Assembly: GCA_035510465.1 (NCBI GenBank)
Contig: DATKHC010000001.1
Span: 6,799 to 70,798, forward strand
DNA from: Candidatus Saccharimonadales bacterium
GTDB lineage: Bacteria; Patescibacteriota; Saccharimonadia; Saccharimonadales; DATKHC01
Length of the DNA: 64,000 nucleotides
Direction of reading: 5' to 3'
Positions 16,744 to 27,867 of this stretch are shown here, piece by piece (the first letter of the stretch is position 1; every line of letters starts with the position of its first letter). The translations under genes were made by a program, and so were the position numbers. The notes beneath the pieces are model-generated. The model did no database searches. It was not told the DNA's origin and saw nothing but the letters and a program-made list of their open reading frames with translations.

Positions 16744-17549
16744 GTCAAGATTTTTTCTTGTACCAGCTCGGCCTTCGTGCTGAGTCCAGTTTTAGGATCA
16801 ACCTCGAAAAGTAGCGCGTTAAATTGAAGTGGGCCCATATCTTCGGGTGCATTGCGTAGAATCTGATTATCGCGCCATCGTTTTATGATGATATCTGTTT
16901 TAACTCCTATAGAAGACTCTATTGTGCCACACATACCTACGTCGGTAATATGAGCTGTTCCCTTTGGCAATACAGCTGCGTCAGCTGTTGGAATATGCCA
17001 GTGGTCACCAATGACTGCCGAAACTTTACCGTCTAAGTAATACCCAATCACATATTTTTCGCTACTGTAGTCACCATGAAAGTTAACGACTGTTGCGACT
17101 TTTGGTTTACGCGACTCCGCCTTTAGAATTTGGTCTATTTTGATGAGCGGGTTATCGATCGGCTTAGATGAATCACGCCCAACTACCGCACCCAATAAGC
17201 TAACAACCAATATCTTACCCCCGTTGGTCTTTAGGTACTTATAGCCCATACCAGGAGTAGGATCTGGGTAATTTGCCGGTCGGATGATTGGGGAGTTAGG
17301 GTCATTTAATGAAGGTATGATATCTGGTTGAGCCAAGCTCCAGTTTCCGCCTGTACAAAAATCTACTCCAGCTTTTATGAGCCTTTCATAATCTCTGACG
17401 TTAATCCCCCTGCCGTCTGTTACGTTCTCGACTTGGGCAATTACTACATCTACCTGATGTTTCTTTTTTATTTTCTTTAGTAGTAGATCAACTACCTTAA
17501 GGCCTGGCTCAGCGTAGATATCACCTAGGTATAGTATTCTCATAAACAA
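16740..17549 (-). CDS. YmdB-like metallophosphoesterase
   Basis: MRILYLGDIYAEPG N-terminus and YmdB-family length, located downstream of rny. Confidence 0.8.
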   Translation of the reverse strand: MFMRILYLGDIYAEPGLKVVDLLLKKIKKKHQVDVVIAQVENVTDGRGINVRDYERLIKAGVDFCTGGNWSLAQPDIIPSLNDPNSPIIRPANYPDPTPGMGYKYLKTNGGKILVVSLLGAVVGRDSSKPIDNPLIKIDQILKAESRKPKVATVVNFHGDYSSEKYVIGYYLDGKVSAVIGDHWHIPTADAAVLPKGTAHITDVGMCGTIESSIGVKTDIIIKRWRDNQILRNAPEDMGPLQFNALLFEVDPKTGLSTKAELVQEKILT

Positions 17550-17570
17550 AAAGAAGGAGTTTGTTAAGTG

Positions 17571-19088
17571 TTATTTGGCAAACTCAGTAGCCCGAGTTTC
17601 TCGGATTACGTTTACTTTTATAGTACCCGGATACTGCATAGTGGATTCAATCTTTGTGGCTATGTCCCGGGCTAGTTTAATTGCTGACAGGTCATCGATT
17701 TGCTGAGGTCTAACAAAAATTCTAACCTCTCTTCCTGCGCTAATAGCATATGTCTTTTCAATGCCTGGAAATCCATTAGCTACATTTTCGAGCTCACGCA
17801 TTCTCTCGACAAAGTTCTCGGCACTAATATTTCGTGCACCTGGTCTAGCTGCACTAACAGCATCAACAACCCGGATTATCAAAGCTTCTGTGGTAGTTGC
17901 TTCCACGTCGTCGTGGTGAGCTTCAGCTGCGTGGGCGACTTCTTCTGGTGCACCATATTTTCGCAGCATTTCACCACTGATGTGGTGGTGCTTGCCTTCC
18001 ATCTTGTGTGTCAAAGCCTTACCAAGATCATGTACAAGTGCGGCATATTTGGTGGTTTTCACGTTTGCTCCAAGTTCCTCTGCAATCATTCCAGCCATGT
18101 GAGCCATTTCAGTTGAGTGCTTTAAGACGTTTTGCCCATAACTAGTTCTATATCTTAGTTCTCCAAGTAGCTGCAGAACTTCCTTTGGTATACCTATAAT
18201 TCCAACTTCTCTGGCTGCATCTTCTCCGGCTCTAACGATTTCCTTCTGGACATTCTTTTGAGCTTTTTCAACAATTTCTTCGATCTTGGCTGGCTGAATA
18301 CGACCATCCTTGATTAGTGTTTCAAGCGTTTGTCGTGCAACTTCCCTCCGAATCGGATCAAAAGAGCTCAGGACTATTACACCGGGTGTGTCGTCGACTA
18401 AGATGTCTACTCCCGTTGCTCTTTGCAGGGCTTGAATATTTCGACCTTCTTTGCCGATTATTCTACCTTTCATTTCCTCGTCCTCAAGCTTTACTGTTGC
18501 AATAGTTCTCTCTGCCGTAACATCTGATGCCATTCTCTCCATTGCTGACACTAAAACAGTCCCAGCTAGCTCCTCGGCGTTGTCCCGAGCTTCGTTCTGA
18601 AGTTTACCTATCAACCCAACCAGGTCTTCGCGAATATCCTTTTCGGTCATCGTGAGCAGCTTTTCAGCTGCGTCGGCCTTCGTAAGCTTAGCTATCTTTT
18701 CTAATTTATCCTGTTGGTTTTTTCTAATTGCACGGATCTCATTTTTTAGCTCTTCTACTTCATCCTCAGCTTTACGAAGAGAATCTGATCGTTTATCTAA
18801 GTTGTCTAATTTTTTGACAAATTGCTCATCACGAGCTAGCAATCTTTGCTCGGTATCTTTTAATTCTCTGCGCCTCTGAGCTTCTTCTTTTCTAGCTACA
18901 TCTGCCATGTCAGCAGCTTTAGTTTTGGCTTCATTAATTATTTTGGCGCTTTCTTTCTTGGCTTTTTCAAGTTCTCCGTTAGCCTGATTCTCAACATTGC
19001 CTAGGCGCTGTTTGGTAACAACTGTGTTTGCACCAAACCCAACACCAATACCAGCCAATGCCAATACAATGGTAACCACTGGGTTCAT
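17571..19088 (-). CDS. rny: ribonuclease Y
   Basis: N-terminal TM, coiled coil, KH domain (GRIIGKEGRNI) and HD domain (HDLGK). Confidence 0.9.
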   Translation of the reverse strand: MNPVVTIVLALAGIGVGFGANTVVTKQRLGNVENQANGELEKAKKESAKIINEAKTKAADMADVARKEEAQRRRELKDTEQRLLARDEQFVKKLDNLDKRSDSLRKAEDEVEELKNEIRAIRKNQQDKLEKIAKLTKADAAEKLLTMTEKDIREDLVGLIGKLQNEARDNAEELAGTVLVSAMERMASDVTAERTIATVKLEDEEMKGRIIGKEGRNIQALQRATGVDILVDDTPGVIVLSSFDPIRREVARQTLETLIKDGRIQPAKIEEIVEKAQKNVQKEIVRAGEDAAREVGIIGIPKEVLQLLGELRYRTSYGQNVLKHSTEMAHMAGMIAEELGANVKTTKYAALVHDLGKALTHKMEGKHHHISGEMLRKYGAPEEVAHAAEAHHDDVEATTTEALIIRVVDAVSAARPGARNISAENFVERMRELENVANGFPGIEKTYAISAGREVRIFVRPQQIDDLSAIKLARDIATKIESTMQYPGTIKVNVIRETRATEFAK

Positions 19089-19273
19089 GATAAATCCTTC
19101 CCTTTTAAACCAAGTCTATCTAACAGTCACTATCACTTCTTTAGTCAGTAGTCTTAGTTATTTGTCTAAATATAGTTAATCGATAAATTGGACTTACTCC
19201 CAAAAACAGCAGAAAATCCACTGCTAACTATAAACTTAGGCGCAAAAACCGTCAATCACAAGAATTTGATCTT

Positions 19274-19666
19274 TCAGCGTTTTGGTGGCGTTATATGGGG
19301 TGGACTACCGTAGTTTGGTAAAATTAATTCTTTAGATTTGTTATTTAATAAATTGCTTATGCCAGATGATTCCCATTTTTCACCAGAGCTTGCCGCAATA
19401 GGTGCATCTAAACCATAGGCCAAACTATTTGCGATACTTATGCCAATTCTCAACCCAGTAAAACTGCCCGGGCCCTTATACACTACTATTCCATCAATGT
19501 CATTCCATGAGAGCTTTTTAGATTCCAACACTGCTTTAATTTTGGCGTGAATGGTCTCAGCCAGCCCCGTATGGGCATGCCAGCTGAACTTTGACAATTG
19601 AGTCTTGTCGTCAAACAGTCCAATCTCTGCTTCGGGTTGATCAGTTTTGATAGTTAAGATAGTCAT
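19274..19666 (-). CDS. tsaB: tRNA t6A biosynthesis protein TsaB (short form)
   Basis: GPGSFTGLRIGISIANSLA motif. Overlaps tsaE by 4 nt. Confidence 0.75.
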   Translation of the reverse strand: MTILTIKTDQPEAEIGLFDDKTQLSKFSWHAHTGLAETIHAKIKAVLESKKLSWNDIDGIVVYKGPGSFTGLRIGISIANSLAYGLDAPIAASSGEKWESSGISNLLNNKSKELILPNYGSPPHITPPKR

Positions 19667-20121
19667 AGTCCTTTTATTAAATACTCTGTTGGTTTTGGAT
19701 AGTTAAAAGTCAGTTGCCTGGCTTTTTCATCCTTAACGCTAAACTCAATTTTAAGACGATTGTCTGGCAATAGCTTTTCAACAATACCGGCCCATTCAAC
19801 TACAATAACGGTTTTTGGATCATCAGCTGACTCAGCCAGCTCATAGGCAATCACTCCAGCATCAGCCAAACGGTAGAAATCAAAATGTTTAATAGTTAGC
19901 TCGTTTGCTGTATAAATCTTGCTAATTGTAAAACTCGGGCTGGCAACTTGATCATTACTTCCGGCTCCAGCTACTAGTCCCGAAACAAAGGTGGTCTTAC
20001 CGCCACCCAAATCACTAACAAGTTCAATAACTTCTCCGCCTTTAAGCTTTTCGCCAATTAATTTAGCGATTCGTTTAGTCTCATCCTCCGACAAGCTGTC
20101 GAGTATCCTTTTCATTAACAA
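19663..20121 (-). CDS. tsaE: tRNA t6A biosynthesis ATPase TsaE
   Basis: P-loop GDLGGGKTTF and TsaE/YjeE length. Confidence 0.8.
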   Translation of the reverse strand: MLMKRILDSLSEDETKRIAKLIGEKLKGGEVIELVSDLGGGKTTFVSGLVAGAGSNDQVASPSFTISKIYTANELTIKHFDFYRLADAGVIAYELAESADDPKTVIVVEWAGIVEKLLPDNRLKIEFSVKDEKARQLTFNYPKPTEYLIKGL

Positions 20122-20190
20122 CTAATTATAGCTAAGTCTTTGATTTTTTAGTTTTCTAAGTTAGCTACTACGGCTTTATAATAAGTAATC

Positions 20191-20730
20191 ATGTTGCTGC
20201 TTAAATCCAGTTTAGTAAATAAACCCATTCTCTCGCTTCGCACAAACGGCGTGATTGCTACAAGTACAGCAGCAATTATCAATCCCAATAATTTGAAAAT
20301 TGAGGGTGTATACGTTATTGCACGGCAAAAAAAAGAAAGTTTAATTGTGCTCTATCAAGATATTCGAAGTCTAACCAGCCAAGGCATAGTTGTTAACGAT
20401 CATGATGCCCTGAGTCAGCCGGAGATTCTTGTCAGATTACAAGAAATTTTAAAACTCCATTTTGTTTTGGAAGGTAAGCCAGTTATCACGGCTCAAAAAA
20501 GTAGAGTTGGCAGAGTCCGCGATTACGCGTTTGATAGTGAGACTTTTTATATTCAAAAAATATACGTTGGGCAAAGCCTATTAAAAAATTTCACCAGTGG
20601 CCAACTTAGTGTGGATCGCAACCAAATAATTGAGATAACTGACAAGCACGTAGTTATATCAGACCTATTGAAGAAAGCTCCCCTTGGAGCCACTAACCCA
20701 GCAAGCTCACAAGTTAGTTCAGCTGGCTAA
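20191..20730 (+). CDS. hypothetical protein (possibly PRC-barrel-like repeats)
   Basis: Two similar halves resemble PRC-barrel/YlmC-type domains. Weak call. Confidence 0.35.
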   Translation: MLLLKSSLVNKPILSLRTNGVIATSTAAIINPNNLKIEGVYVIARQKKESLIVLYQDIRSLTSQGIVVNDHDALSQPEILVRLQEILKLHFVLEGKPVITAQKSRVGRVRDYAFDSETFYIQKIYVGQSLLKNFTSGQLSVDRNQIIEITDKHVVISDLLKKAPLGATNPASSQVSSAG

Positions 20731-21316
20731 GCGCTTGTTTGATTTTATCGTAACTAAAACCTCGCCTAGATAAAAAGCTCATTAAAACCTGACTGTCCTG
20801 ATAGCGAGCAATAGTCCTTTTTCTTTCGATCAGGATTTTAATTAAACTTAGTTCATCAATCTCGGCTTCGTCGAGAACTTGAGAAATAAGCTCTGCGCTA
20901 ATATGCTTTTTTCTTAGTTCAGTTTTTATTTGAAGGATGCTGGAATGTTTTAGGTTTATTCGATTACTAACCCAGGCTCGGGAGAACTTAAGATCATCTA
21001 CTAATCCCACCCTTCCCAACCTGATAATGGTTCTGTCTATTAAATCCTGATCAAGACGTTTGCGTTTCATATAATCAACTAGCTCACCTTCACTTCGACT
21101 ACGGTGAGCTATCAAACGCAAACATGCACTATAGGTTTTCTCCTCAATACTCTGTTTTTTTAAGCTGTTGAGCTCAGAAGTTGTAATGGTCTGATCAAGT
21201 TTGATGCCCAGTTCGGCTACTTTAAGTTCTGGTAGGGAAAAGCCATATCGACCATCAATAAAAATAGAATAATAATTTGTTTGTCTTAACTGCTGCTTGA
21301 TCTGAGTGACTTTCAC
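20714..21316 (-). CDS. recX: recombination regulator RecX
   Basis: Helical-repeat protein of RecX size, directly downstream of recA. Confidence 0.75.
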   Translation of the reverse strand: MKVTQIKQQLRQTNYYSIFIDGRYGFSLPELKVAELGIKLDQTITTSELNSLKKQSIEEKTYSACLRLIAHRSRSEGELVDYMKRKRLDQDLIDRTIIRLGRVGLVDDLKFSRAWVSNRINLKHSSILQIKTELRKKHISAELISQVLDEAEIDELSLIKILIERKRTIARYQDSQVLMSFLSRRGFSYDKIKQALSQLN

Positions 21317-21344
21317 GGGTCAGACTTTTCTTTAAAGAGAATGC

Positions 21345-22367
21345 TTAGACCGCTAGAGCTTTGTCTCTAACTTCTTTGGCTAGGGCATCTAGAACCTTGG
21401 GGTGCTCCCTCAGATATTGCTTAGCTGCTTCGCGTCCTTGTCCAATCTTTTCACCCTTGTAAGCAAACCAGGCACCCGATTTCTCAATAATTTCTTGATT
21501 AACTGCGAGGTCTAGTACGTCTCCGCTATATGAAATACCTTCGTTAAACATGATGTCGAACTCAGCTTCCCTGAAAGGTGCTGCAACTTTGTTCTTAACA
21601 ACTTTGACTCTGGTACGGTTTCCGATTGCCACGTCGCCTTGTTTAATTTGGGATATCCGACGAATATCCATACGAACAGTGGCATAAAATTTTAAGGCGT
21701 TGCCGCCTGTCGTAGTTTCGGGATTACCAAACATGATACCTATTTTCATACGGATTTGATTTATGAAAATGACGGTAGATTTAGATTTACTTATTACCCC
21801 TGCTAACTTGCGCAGCGCTTGGCTCATGAGTCTAGCTTGCAGACCAGGTAGGGAGTCACCCATATCACCCTCAATTTCCGCACGTGGGACTAAAGCTGCT
21901 ACCGAATCAATTACAACTAAGTCAACCGCGTTTGATCGTACTAACGTCTCCGCAATTTCAAGAGCTTGTTCACCGTTATCAGGTTGAGAAATGAGAAGGT
22001 TATCAATATCTACGCCTATTTTTTTTGCATAGGCAGGGTCAAGCGCATGCTCTGCGTCAATAAAAGCAGCTGTGCCACCAGCTCGTTGTACGGCTGCTAT
22101 GGCGTGTAGAGTTACGGTAGTTTTACCAGAGCTTTCTGGTCCATAGATTTCGATTACTCGACCCTTAGGTAGACCGCCCCCCAGAGCAATGTCAAGACTC
22201 ACGCTTCCACTGGGGATAGTCTCAACCACAGTTTTATGCGCTTCACCAAGTTTCATTATTGAACCCTTACCAAATTGTTTTTCAATAGTATCAACAGCCA
22301 AACTAAGCGCTTGTCTCTTGCCGCTTGATTCTTTAGGATGATCCTTGGGGGTGTCTTTCGTAGCCAT
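21345..22367 (-). CDS. recA: recombinase RecA
   Basis: GPESSGKTT Walker A and full-length RecA similarity. Confidence 0.97.
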   Translation of the reverse strand: MATKDTPKDHPKESSGKRQALSLAVDTIEKQFGKGSIMKLGEAHKTVVETIPSGSVSLDIALGGGLPKGRVIEIYGPESSGKTTVTLHAIAAVQRAGGTAAFIDAEHALDPAYAKKIGVDIDNLLISQPDNGEQALEIAETLVRSNAVDLVVIDSVAALVPRAEIEGDMGDSLPGLQARLMSQALRKLAGVISKSKSTVIFINQIRMKIGIMFGNPETTTGGNALKFYATVRMDIRRISQIKQGDVAIGNRTRVKVVKNKVAAPFREAEFDIMFNEGISYSGDVLDLAVNQEIIEKSGAWFAYKGEKIGQGREAAKQYLREHPKVLDALAKEVRDKALAV

Positions 22368-22465
22368 TTATGTTCTTAATACTGTCAATGATCTAGTTGG
22401 TAAAGTCAAGCTTTGACAAGTTAGCTATCTAGTTAGCTTCTCATTTTATATAATGAGGTCTAAGC

Positions 22466-23764
22466 ATGACCGTTAAGAATTTAAATAAGGCTGAAAAGTC
22501 GTCCGTCGGAGAGTCGATAGACCAGATTATTAAGAGGGCCGTTGGACTCAAAGCAACTTATCTTCACATTGAACCCGATAAAGAAAAGGTGGGAATGAGG
22601 CTTAGGGTTAATGGGTTACTAAGAGATTTCGGTAGTTTACCCAAAGCTCGTTTCTCAAAAATCGTCGATAGATTAAAAACCCTGGCTAACCTCAACCCCT
22701 CTGAGCGAATGATACCTCAGGAAGGCCGCTTTAAATTAGACTCCATTGGAAAGAATCTCTCCTTAAGTGTCTCTATACTGCCAACCATAGATGGAGAAAA
22801 AGTGACGATACATATATTGGACGAGATGTCTGAAGTGCTTTCGCTCAGTCAATTGGGTTACTACGGCAAAAATCTCAGTGACATTAGAGAAACCATGGCT
22901 CATGACTCTGGTTTAATCCTTGTTAGTGGACCCGCAGACAGCGGTAAATCAACCAGCATGATATCAATGCTTAGTCTAATTGATCGTTCAGCCCGAACTG
23001 TCTTTACTTTGGAAGACAAGGTTGAACAGCGTCTACCGGGAACTTTACAAACCCAGATTAATCCTAGGCTTAAACTTAATTTTGCTACGGGACTAGCTTC
23101 TATTTTGCGACAAGATGCCAACGTCATTATGCTGAGTGGGTTGGCTGATTCTAAAACAGCAGGGCTGGTTTTTAGGGCATCACGAACTAATAAACTAATA
23201 CTGAGTGGCTTGGTTGAGAACTCTATTTCTAAACTTATTTCGAGATTAAAATATCTGGGTATAGACAGAAATTCGATCGGGAGTAGCTTAAAGTTGCTGA
23301 CTAATCAACGCTTAATGCGGAAGCTTTGCTCAAAATGCAGAGTTGAAGTAAGCCTTGACCAAACCCAAATAGAAAAACTCAAAAAAATGTTTGATATCGA
23401 ATCCCGAGCAAACATCAGTTTATTAAATCAACTCGAGAATAGTTACGTATCGGAACTTAAGGATCCGGGGAAAACTGAACTATCAACTACCTCGACCCGA
23501 ATTAAAAAATTCTACCGTGCTAGCGAAGACGGCTGTAAGGAATGTGAAAGTTCGGGTTACGAAGATAGGATTGGGGTTTTTGAAGTAGTAAAAATGAGCG
23601 ATAAATTACAGAGCTTGATTTCCACAGACTCTGACTGGAGTTCAATATATGCTGCTGCACTAAGGCAGGGCACAATCCCATTAATCGTCGACGCACTCGT
23701 AAAGTCTCTGGCTGGTCAAGTTTCATTTGATGATTGCCTAAAACTTTTAAGTAGCCCACTATAA
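22466..23764 (+). CDS. GspE/PilB-family secretion/pilus ATPase (divergent motifs)
   Basis: Walker A reads SGPADSGKST, followed by RQDANVIMLSG and a C-terminal CxxC..CxxC cluster. Confidence 0.75.
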   Translation: MTVKNLNKAEKSSVGESIDQIIKRAVGLKATYLHIEPDKEKVGMRLRVNGLLRDFGSLPKARFSKIVDRLKTLANLNPSERMIPQEGRFKLDSIGKNLSLSVSILPTIDGEKVTIHILDEMSEVLSLSQLGYYGKNLSDIRETMAHDSGLILVSGPADSGKSTSMISMLSLIDRSARTVFTLEDKVEQRLPGTLQTQINPRLKLNFATGLASILRQDANVIMLSGLADSKTAGLVFRASRTNKLILSGLVENSISKLISRLKYLGIDRNSIGSSLKLLTNQRLMRKLCSKCRVEVSLDQTQIEKLKKMFDIESRANISLLNQLENSYVSELKDPGKTELSTTSTRIKKFYRASEDGCKECESSGYEDRIGVFEVVKMSDKLQSLISTDSDWSSIYAAALRQGTIPLIVDALVKSLAGQVSFDDCLKLLSSPL

Positions 23765-23811
23765 TCTTTGGTTATTCTATTTTACACTAATTAGCTTTAG
23801 CTTTTAAATAT

Positions 23812-24300
23812 ATGGTAATGAATAAACAAAAAAACCTACGAAGACCCGCATCTAATTCGAGCGGTTTCACTGTCGTTGAGCTACTTGTTATTGTCTTAAT
23901 CATTGGCATACTATCAAGCGTTCTTGTTCTAACTTACTCTGGTATTCAACAAAAACAGCACAATAATACGCGCATCAATGACATCAAATTAATTCAAACT
24001 AATCTAGAAGCCTACTTTGCGCAAAATGGCATATATCCAACTCTCACAGATATTAATAGTAATTCCTGGGTACAAACAAATATGAAGACGCTCGATTTGG
24101 GTTCTATTAGAGATCCTCAAGAAAAAAGTTCTATTCCTGCATTTTCATCAGTTCCAATTAAAACTCAGTATGCTTACCAGCCAACTGCTTCTGATGGAAC
24201 CTCACCTTGTGATAATAAAACAGTAGCCTGCGCTAAGTACGTTCTAACTGCCACACTAGAAGGTAGTACTCAGACTTTTGTCGTGAAGAGTTTAAATTAA
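23812..24300 (+). CDS. type IV pilin-like protein
   Basis: Prepilin motif [18 protein letters not shown]. Confidence 0.7.
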   Translation: MVMNKQKNLRRPASNSSGFTVVELLVIVLIIGILSSVLVLTYSGIQQKQHNNTRINDIKLIQTNLEAYFAQNGIYPTLTDINSNSWVQTNMKTLDLGSIRDPQEKSSIPAFSSVPIKTQYAYQPTASDGTSPCDNKTVACAKYVLTATLEGSTQTFVVKSLN

Positions 24301-25328
24301 AGTAACTTGGATTGCTTGGAGTTCGGAGACCGCCTTTTACCAAGATGAGAATAGGCTTTGGGGGTAGCTTTTCTGCCCCGATTAGTTCGCTCAATTAAAC
24401 CTATCTGGAGAAGATAGGGTTCAAAGAAATCCTCGATAGTAGAATTCTCTTCAGCAATGACAGCTGCAAGTGCTTCAATTCCAACTGGCCCACCATGATA
24501 ATTTTCGATAATAGCATTGAGTAGTAGTCGATCAGCCGGTTCAAGCCCTAATTGATCAATATCGAGAAGTTCAAGGGCTTTTTGATTTATTTGGTGATCA
24601 ATAATTCCGTCCCCATTGATATCGGCATAGTCTCTGACTCTTCTGAGCAAACGGTTGGCTATTCTTGGCGTTAGTCTAGCTCTTTTGGCGAGTTCAACAG
24701 CCGCATCATTATTGATCTTTACCCCCAAAATTTTTGCAGTACGTTTAATAATACGTTCTATTTCATCAGGATTGTAAAACTCCAAACGATGAATCATACC
24801 AAATCGATCACGTAGTGGTGCGGCCAAAGTACCTGTCCGAGTAGTAGCTCCGATAATTGTAAATTTAGGTAGATCGAGTCTAAGTGATTTAGCGCTTGGT
24901 CCCTTGCCTAACATTATATCTAGCTTGAAATCTTCCATCGCACTATATAAAACTTCCTCAATTGATCGATGTAAACGGTGAATTTCATCAATAAATAAAA
25001 TGTCGCCGTCCTGGAGAGCCGTCAGTAAACTTGCTAGGTCAGCCGCCCTTTCTATTGCAGGTCCAGAAGTAATCCGAATGGTCGCACCCATCTCGTTGGC
25101 AATTACGGTTGCCAGTGTGGTCTTGCCAAGCCCCGGTGGTCCATATAGCAATACGTGATCTAGTGGTTCATCTCGTTTTTTGGCGGCGGCTATTGAAAGC
25201 ATTAAATTTTTCTTGAGCCGTTCCTGGCCAATGTAATTAGCGAAGTCTTTGGGACGTAGAGAATTGTCAAACTCAATCTCCTGATCATCATCAGGCAGTT
25301 GGTTGTTTAGAATTCTTTCGACAGTCAT
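24297..25328 (-). CDS. ruvB: Holliday junction helicase RuvB
   Basis: GPPGLGKTT and full-length RuvB similarity. Confidence 0.95.
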   Translation of the reverse strand: MTVERILNNQLPDDDQEIEFDNSLRPKDFANYIGQERLKKNLMLSIAAAKKRDEPLDHVLLYGPPGLGKTTLATVIANEMGATIRITSGPAIERAADLASLLTALQDGDILFIDEIHRLHRSIEEVLYSAMEDFKLDIMLGKGPSAKSLRLDLPKFTIIGATTRTGTLAAPLRDRFGMIHRLEFYNPDEIERIIKRTAKILGVKINNDAAVELAKRARLTPRIANRLLRRVRDYADINGDGIIDHQINQKALELLDIDQLGLEPADRLLLNAIIENYHGGPVGIEALAAVIAEENSTIEDFFEPYLLQIGLIERTNRGRKATPKAYSHLGKRRSPNSKQSKLL

Positions 25329-25332
25329 GATT

Positions 25333-25911
25333 TTATTGTCCTCTTAGGGCTGCCTTCACTCGATTTTCAGTTGAGAGTTTAGGATCTACTTTAGCAAGCG
25401 CGGTCAATGCATCGGTTGGGGTATAACCAAGTGACACCAGAGCTTGAACGGCTTCATCTTGTTGAATAGCTTCTTCTGACACTAGTAGGCCGCTTTCATC
25501 AATGTTGCTCGGCAGTCCTACTTTATTTTTTAAATCAACCACAATGCGTTCAGCCACCCTCTTACCAACCCCTGCGGCAGATTGAATCAACTTAACGTTC
25601 CCATTAGCTATAGCTATTTTGAGTTCACTTGGGGTAGCAACATTTAATATAGACAGCGCAACTTTTGGGCCGACTCCATTAACTTCAATTAACTGCTCAA
25701 ATAGGGCTTTACTGACAAGTTCTGTGAAGCCAAATAAATCATAGGTGTTTTCTCTTACGTGTTCGTATATATAAAACTTGGTTTCATCACCCACGGTTAG
25801 CTTCAAATAATTATCGAGTGGCATAAGAAGGCCATAGCCAACACCCCCAACTTCAACTACTAGAATATTTGGTAATTTCTCGGCCACCTTACCGGTGATA
25901 GTCGCTATCAT
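25333..25911 (-). CDS. ruvA: Holliday junction DNA-binding protein RuvA
   Basis: RuvA N-terminus and HhH motifs ([22 protein letters not shown]). Confidence 0.9.
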   Translation of the reverse strand: MIATITGKVAEKLPNILVVEVGGVGYGLLMPLDNYLKLTVGDETKFYIYEHVRENTYDLFGFTELVSKALFEQLIEVNGVGPKVALSILNVATPSELKIAIANGNVKLIQSAAGVGKRVAERIVVDLKNKVGLPSNIDESGLLVSEEAIQQDEAVQALVSLGYTPTDALTALAKVDPKLSTENRVKAALRGQ

Positions 25912-25918
25912 AAACCTA

Positions 25919-26407
25919 TTATCGCACAGTCATTAAGTGGGTAATGGCTGCAGCCAAAGCATCAGCGCAATCATCTGGTTTCGGAATTGACTGAAGTTTT
26001 AGTATTACTTTGACCATCTCCTGCATTTGGTTCTTGGTTGCCCGGCCATACGAGGTTAGAGCTTGTTTAATTTGAAGTGGGGTATACTCAAAAACCTCAA
26101 GACCAGCTCTAGCGCCAAGAGCTAAGACTACGCCTCTAGCCTGAGACACAGTCATTGCGGTTGTTATGTTTTGGGCAAAGAAAAGTTTTTCTACAGCCAT
26201 TGATGAAGGTTTAAATTCATTTATTATTTGCTCAAGGTCGGTTTGAATGTCGGCTAAACGTTCGGCGTCCGATCTATCTGGGGTTGTTCTAATAACCCCA
26301 GCATCAACCAACTTTGGTTGGTTTGACTCGTCGGTATCAATTATCCCAAAACCTAGAATGCCGGTCCCAGGGTCAATCCCTAAAATCCGACCTTTTTTAA
26401 GATTCAA
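25919..26407 (-). CDS. ruvC: Holliday junction resolvase RuvC
   Basis: ILGIDPG start and the C-terminal DAADALA-like motif. Confidence 0.9.
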   Translation of the reverse strand: MNLKKGRILGIDPGTGILGFGIIDTDESNQPKLVDAGVIRTTPDRSDAERLADIQTDLEQIINEFKPSSMAVEKLFFAQNITTAMTVSQARGVVLALGARAGLEVFEYTPLQIKQALTSYGRATKNQMQEMVKVILKLQSIPKPDDCADALAAAITHLMTVR

Positions 26408-27128
26408 GTAATTCCTCCGGGATGTCGAAGTTCGTGTAAGTATTTGTTACCTCGTCAATGTCGTCCAACGCATCAAGCAGTCTCATTATTTTTCCTGCTG
26501 CTGCTTTGTCCTCAACTTTGACCATCTGTTTTGCTACATAACTAAGCCCGGACTCAGTAATTTTTAGGCCGGCTGAACGCAGCGCAGACTCAACCTCGGA
26601 TAATTTCTTTTGATTAGTATAGACAATTGATTCGCCGGCCTCTTCGTCAACATCATCAGCCCCCGCGTCTAGAGCAGCCAAAAGTATCTCGTCTCCCTGA
26701 CCATTAATTCTCAAAACGCCTTTCCTGTCAAATAAGAATGCAACTGAACCTTTTTCGGCAATCTTGCCACCGTGTTTTGAAAAAACCAAGCGAATATTTG
26801 GGTATGTCCTATTTATATTATCAGTTGCAGCTTCAGCCATAATGGCGACTCCACCCGGGCCGTAACCCTCATATAAAACTTCCTGGATTTGCTCGCCGCC
26901 TAGTTTACCGCTCCCGCGATCAATAGACCTTTGGATATTCACAGTTGGCATGTTTGCAGTTTTGGCCTTATCGATCGCTAGTCGCAGCGAAAAGTTAGTT
27001 GCAGGATCCGTCCCTGAACGAGCAGCTATTGCTATTGCGTGTCCAAGTTTAGTAAAAAGCGCTCCGCGTTTCGAGTCGGTAGCTTCTTTTTGCCTTTTAA
27101 TAGTTGACCATTTTGAATGTCCTGACAT
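26397..27128 (-). CDS. YebC/PmpR-family transcriptional regulator
   Basis: MSGHSKWSTIKRQK N-terminus. Confidence 0.9.
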   Translation of the reverse strand: MSGHSKWSTIKRQKEATDSKRGALFTKLGHAIAIAARSGTDPATNFSLRLAIDKAKTANMPTVNIQRSIDRGSGKLGGEQIQEVLYEGYGPGGVAIMAEAATDNINRTYPNIRLVFSKHGGKIAEKGSVAFLFDRKGVLRINGQGDEILLAALDAGADDVDEEAGESIVYTNQKKLSEVESALRSAGLKITESGLSYVAKQMVKVEDKAAAGKIMRLLDALDDIDEVTNTYTNFDIPEELLES

Positions 27129-27131
27129 GAG

Positions 27132-27719
27132 CTATTCCTGGATAATCCTTTTATATTCAGGTAAGTTCAATAACTGCTCAATAGAATCTATTCCCTCAAG
27201 TAAATCCTTTGGTAGATAACGCGCTTTAAGATTGCCAACCAACTTTTTCAGCTCCGCAAGGCTGAGTTCCAAAACCTTTATCTTTTCACCTGAATCTAGG
27301 GACTGTTTTACTTGATTTTGAAAATCAGTTGCTAAAAAGACGTATACAAATAATTCAACCTTCGAGAATGGTTGAGTAATATCAATTAATTTCCAATTCT
27401 TAAACGTCATTCCGGTTTCTTCAAGCAACTCTCTTTTTGTGCCTTCAAGTTCAGTCTCGCCACTTACGTCATGGCGACCACCTGGTAAATCGTAAAAAAC
27501 ATCCGAGGAGTCTGGCTGCTGCTGCTCAAGAAGTATTATCTTATTCTCTTTTACTGCCAATGCTTTCAGAGTATCTGGCCGTCTTAACATTTCAAAAGTT
27601 TCGTAAGAATCATCAAACATTTTCTGCTGCCACTGATATGTGTCATAGATAATGCCTTTGAAAACAAGCTTGGCATTTTTAGGTACTAACTTAGCATTTG
27701 TAGGTAATATGGTTCTCAT
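27132..27719 (-). CDS. NUDIX hydrolase
   Basis: Nudix box GGRHDVSGETELEGTKRELLEETG. Confidence 0.7.
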   Translation of the reverse strand: MRTILPTNAKLVPKNAKLVFKGIIYDTYQWQQKMFDDSYETFEMLRRPDTLKALAVKENKIILLEQQQPDSSDVFYDLPGGRHDVSGETELEGTKRELLEETGMTFKNWKLIDITQPFSKVELFVYVFLATDFQNQVKQSLDSGEKIKVLELSLAELKKLVGNLKARYLPKDLLEGIDSIEQLLNLPEYKRIIQE

Positions 27720-27867
27720 TGAACAAGCCTCTATATGGTCTTTCTACTATTGTACTCGAAAAAAACCGTGTTACTTGCAGTTTGTGAGACTTAGTTTTTA
27801 TAAACTTTTTTTGTAGATTATTGAGAATGCTTGTGCAAAAGCGGATGGTTTATTAGATAATATATAC

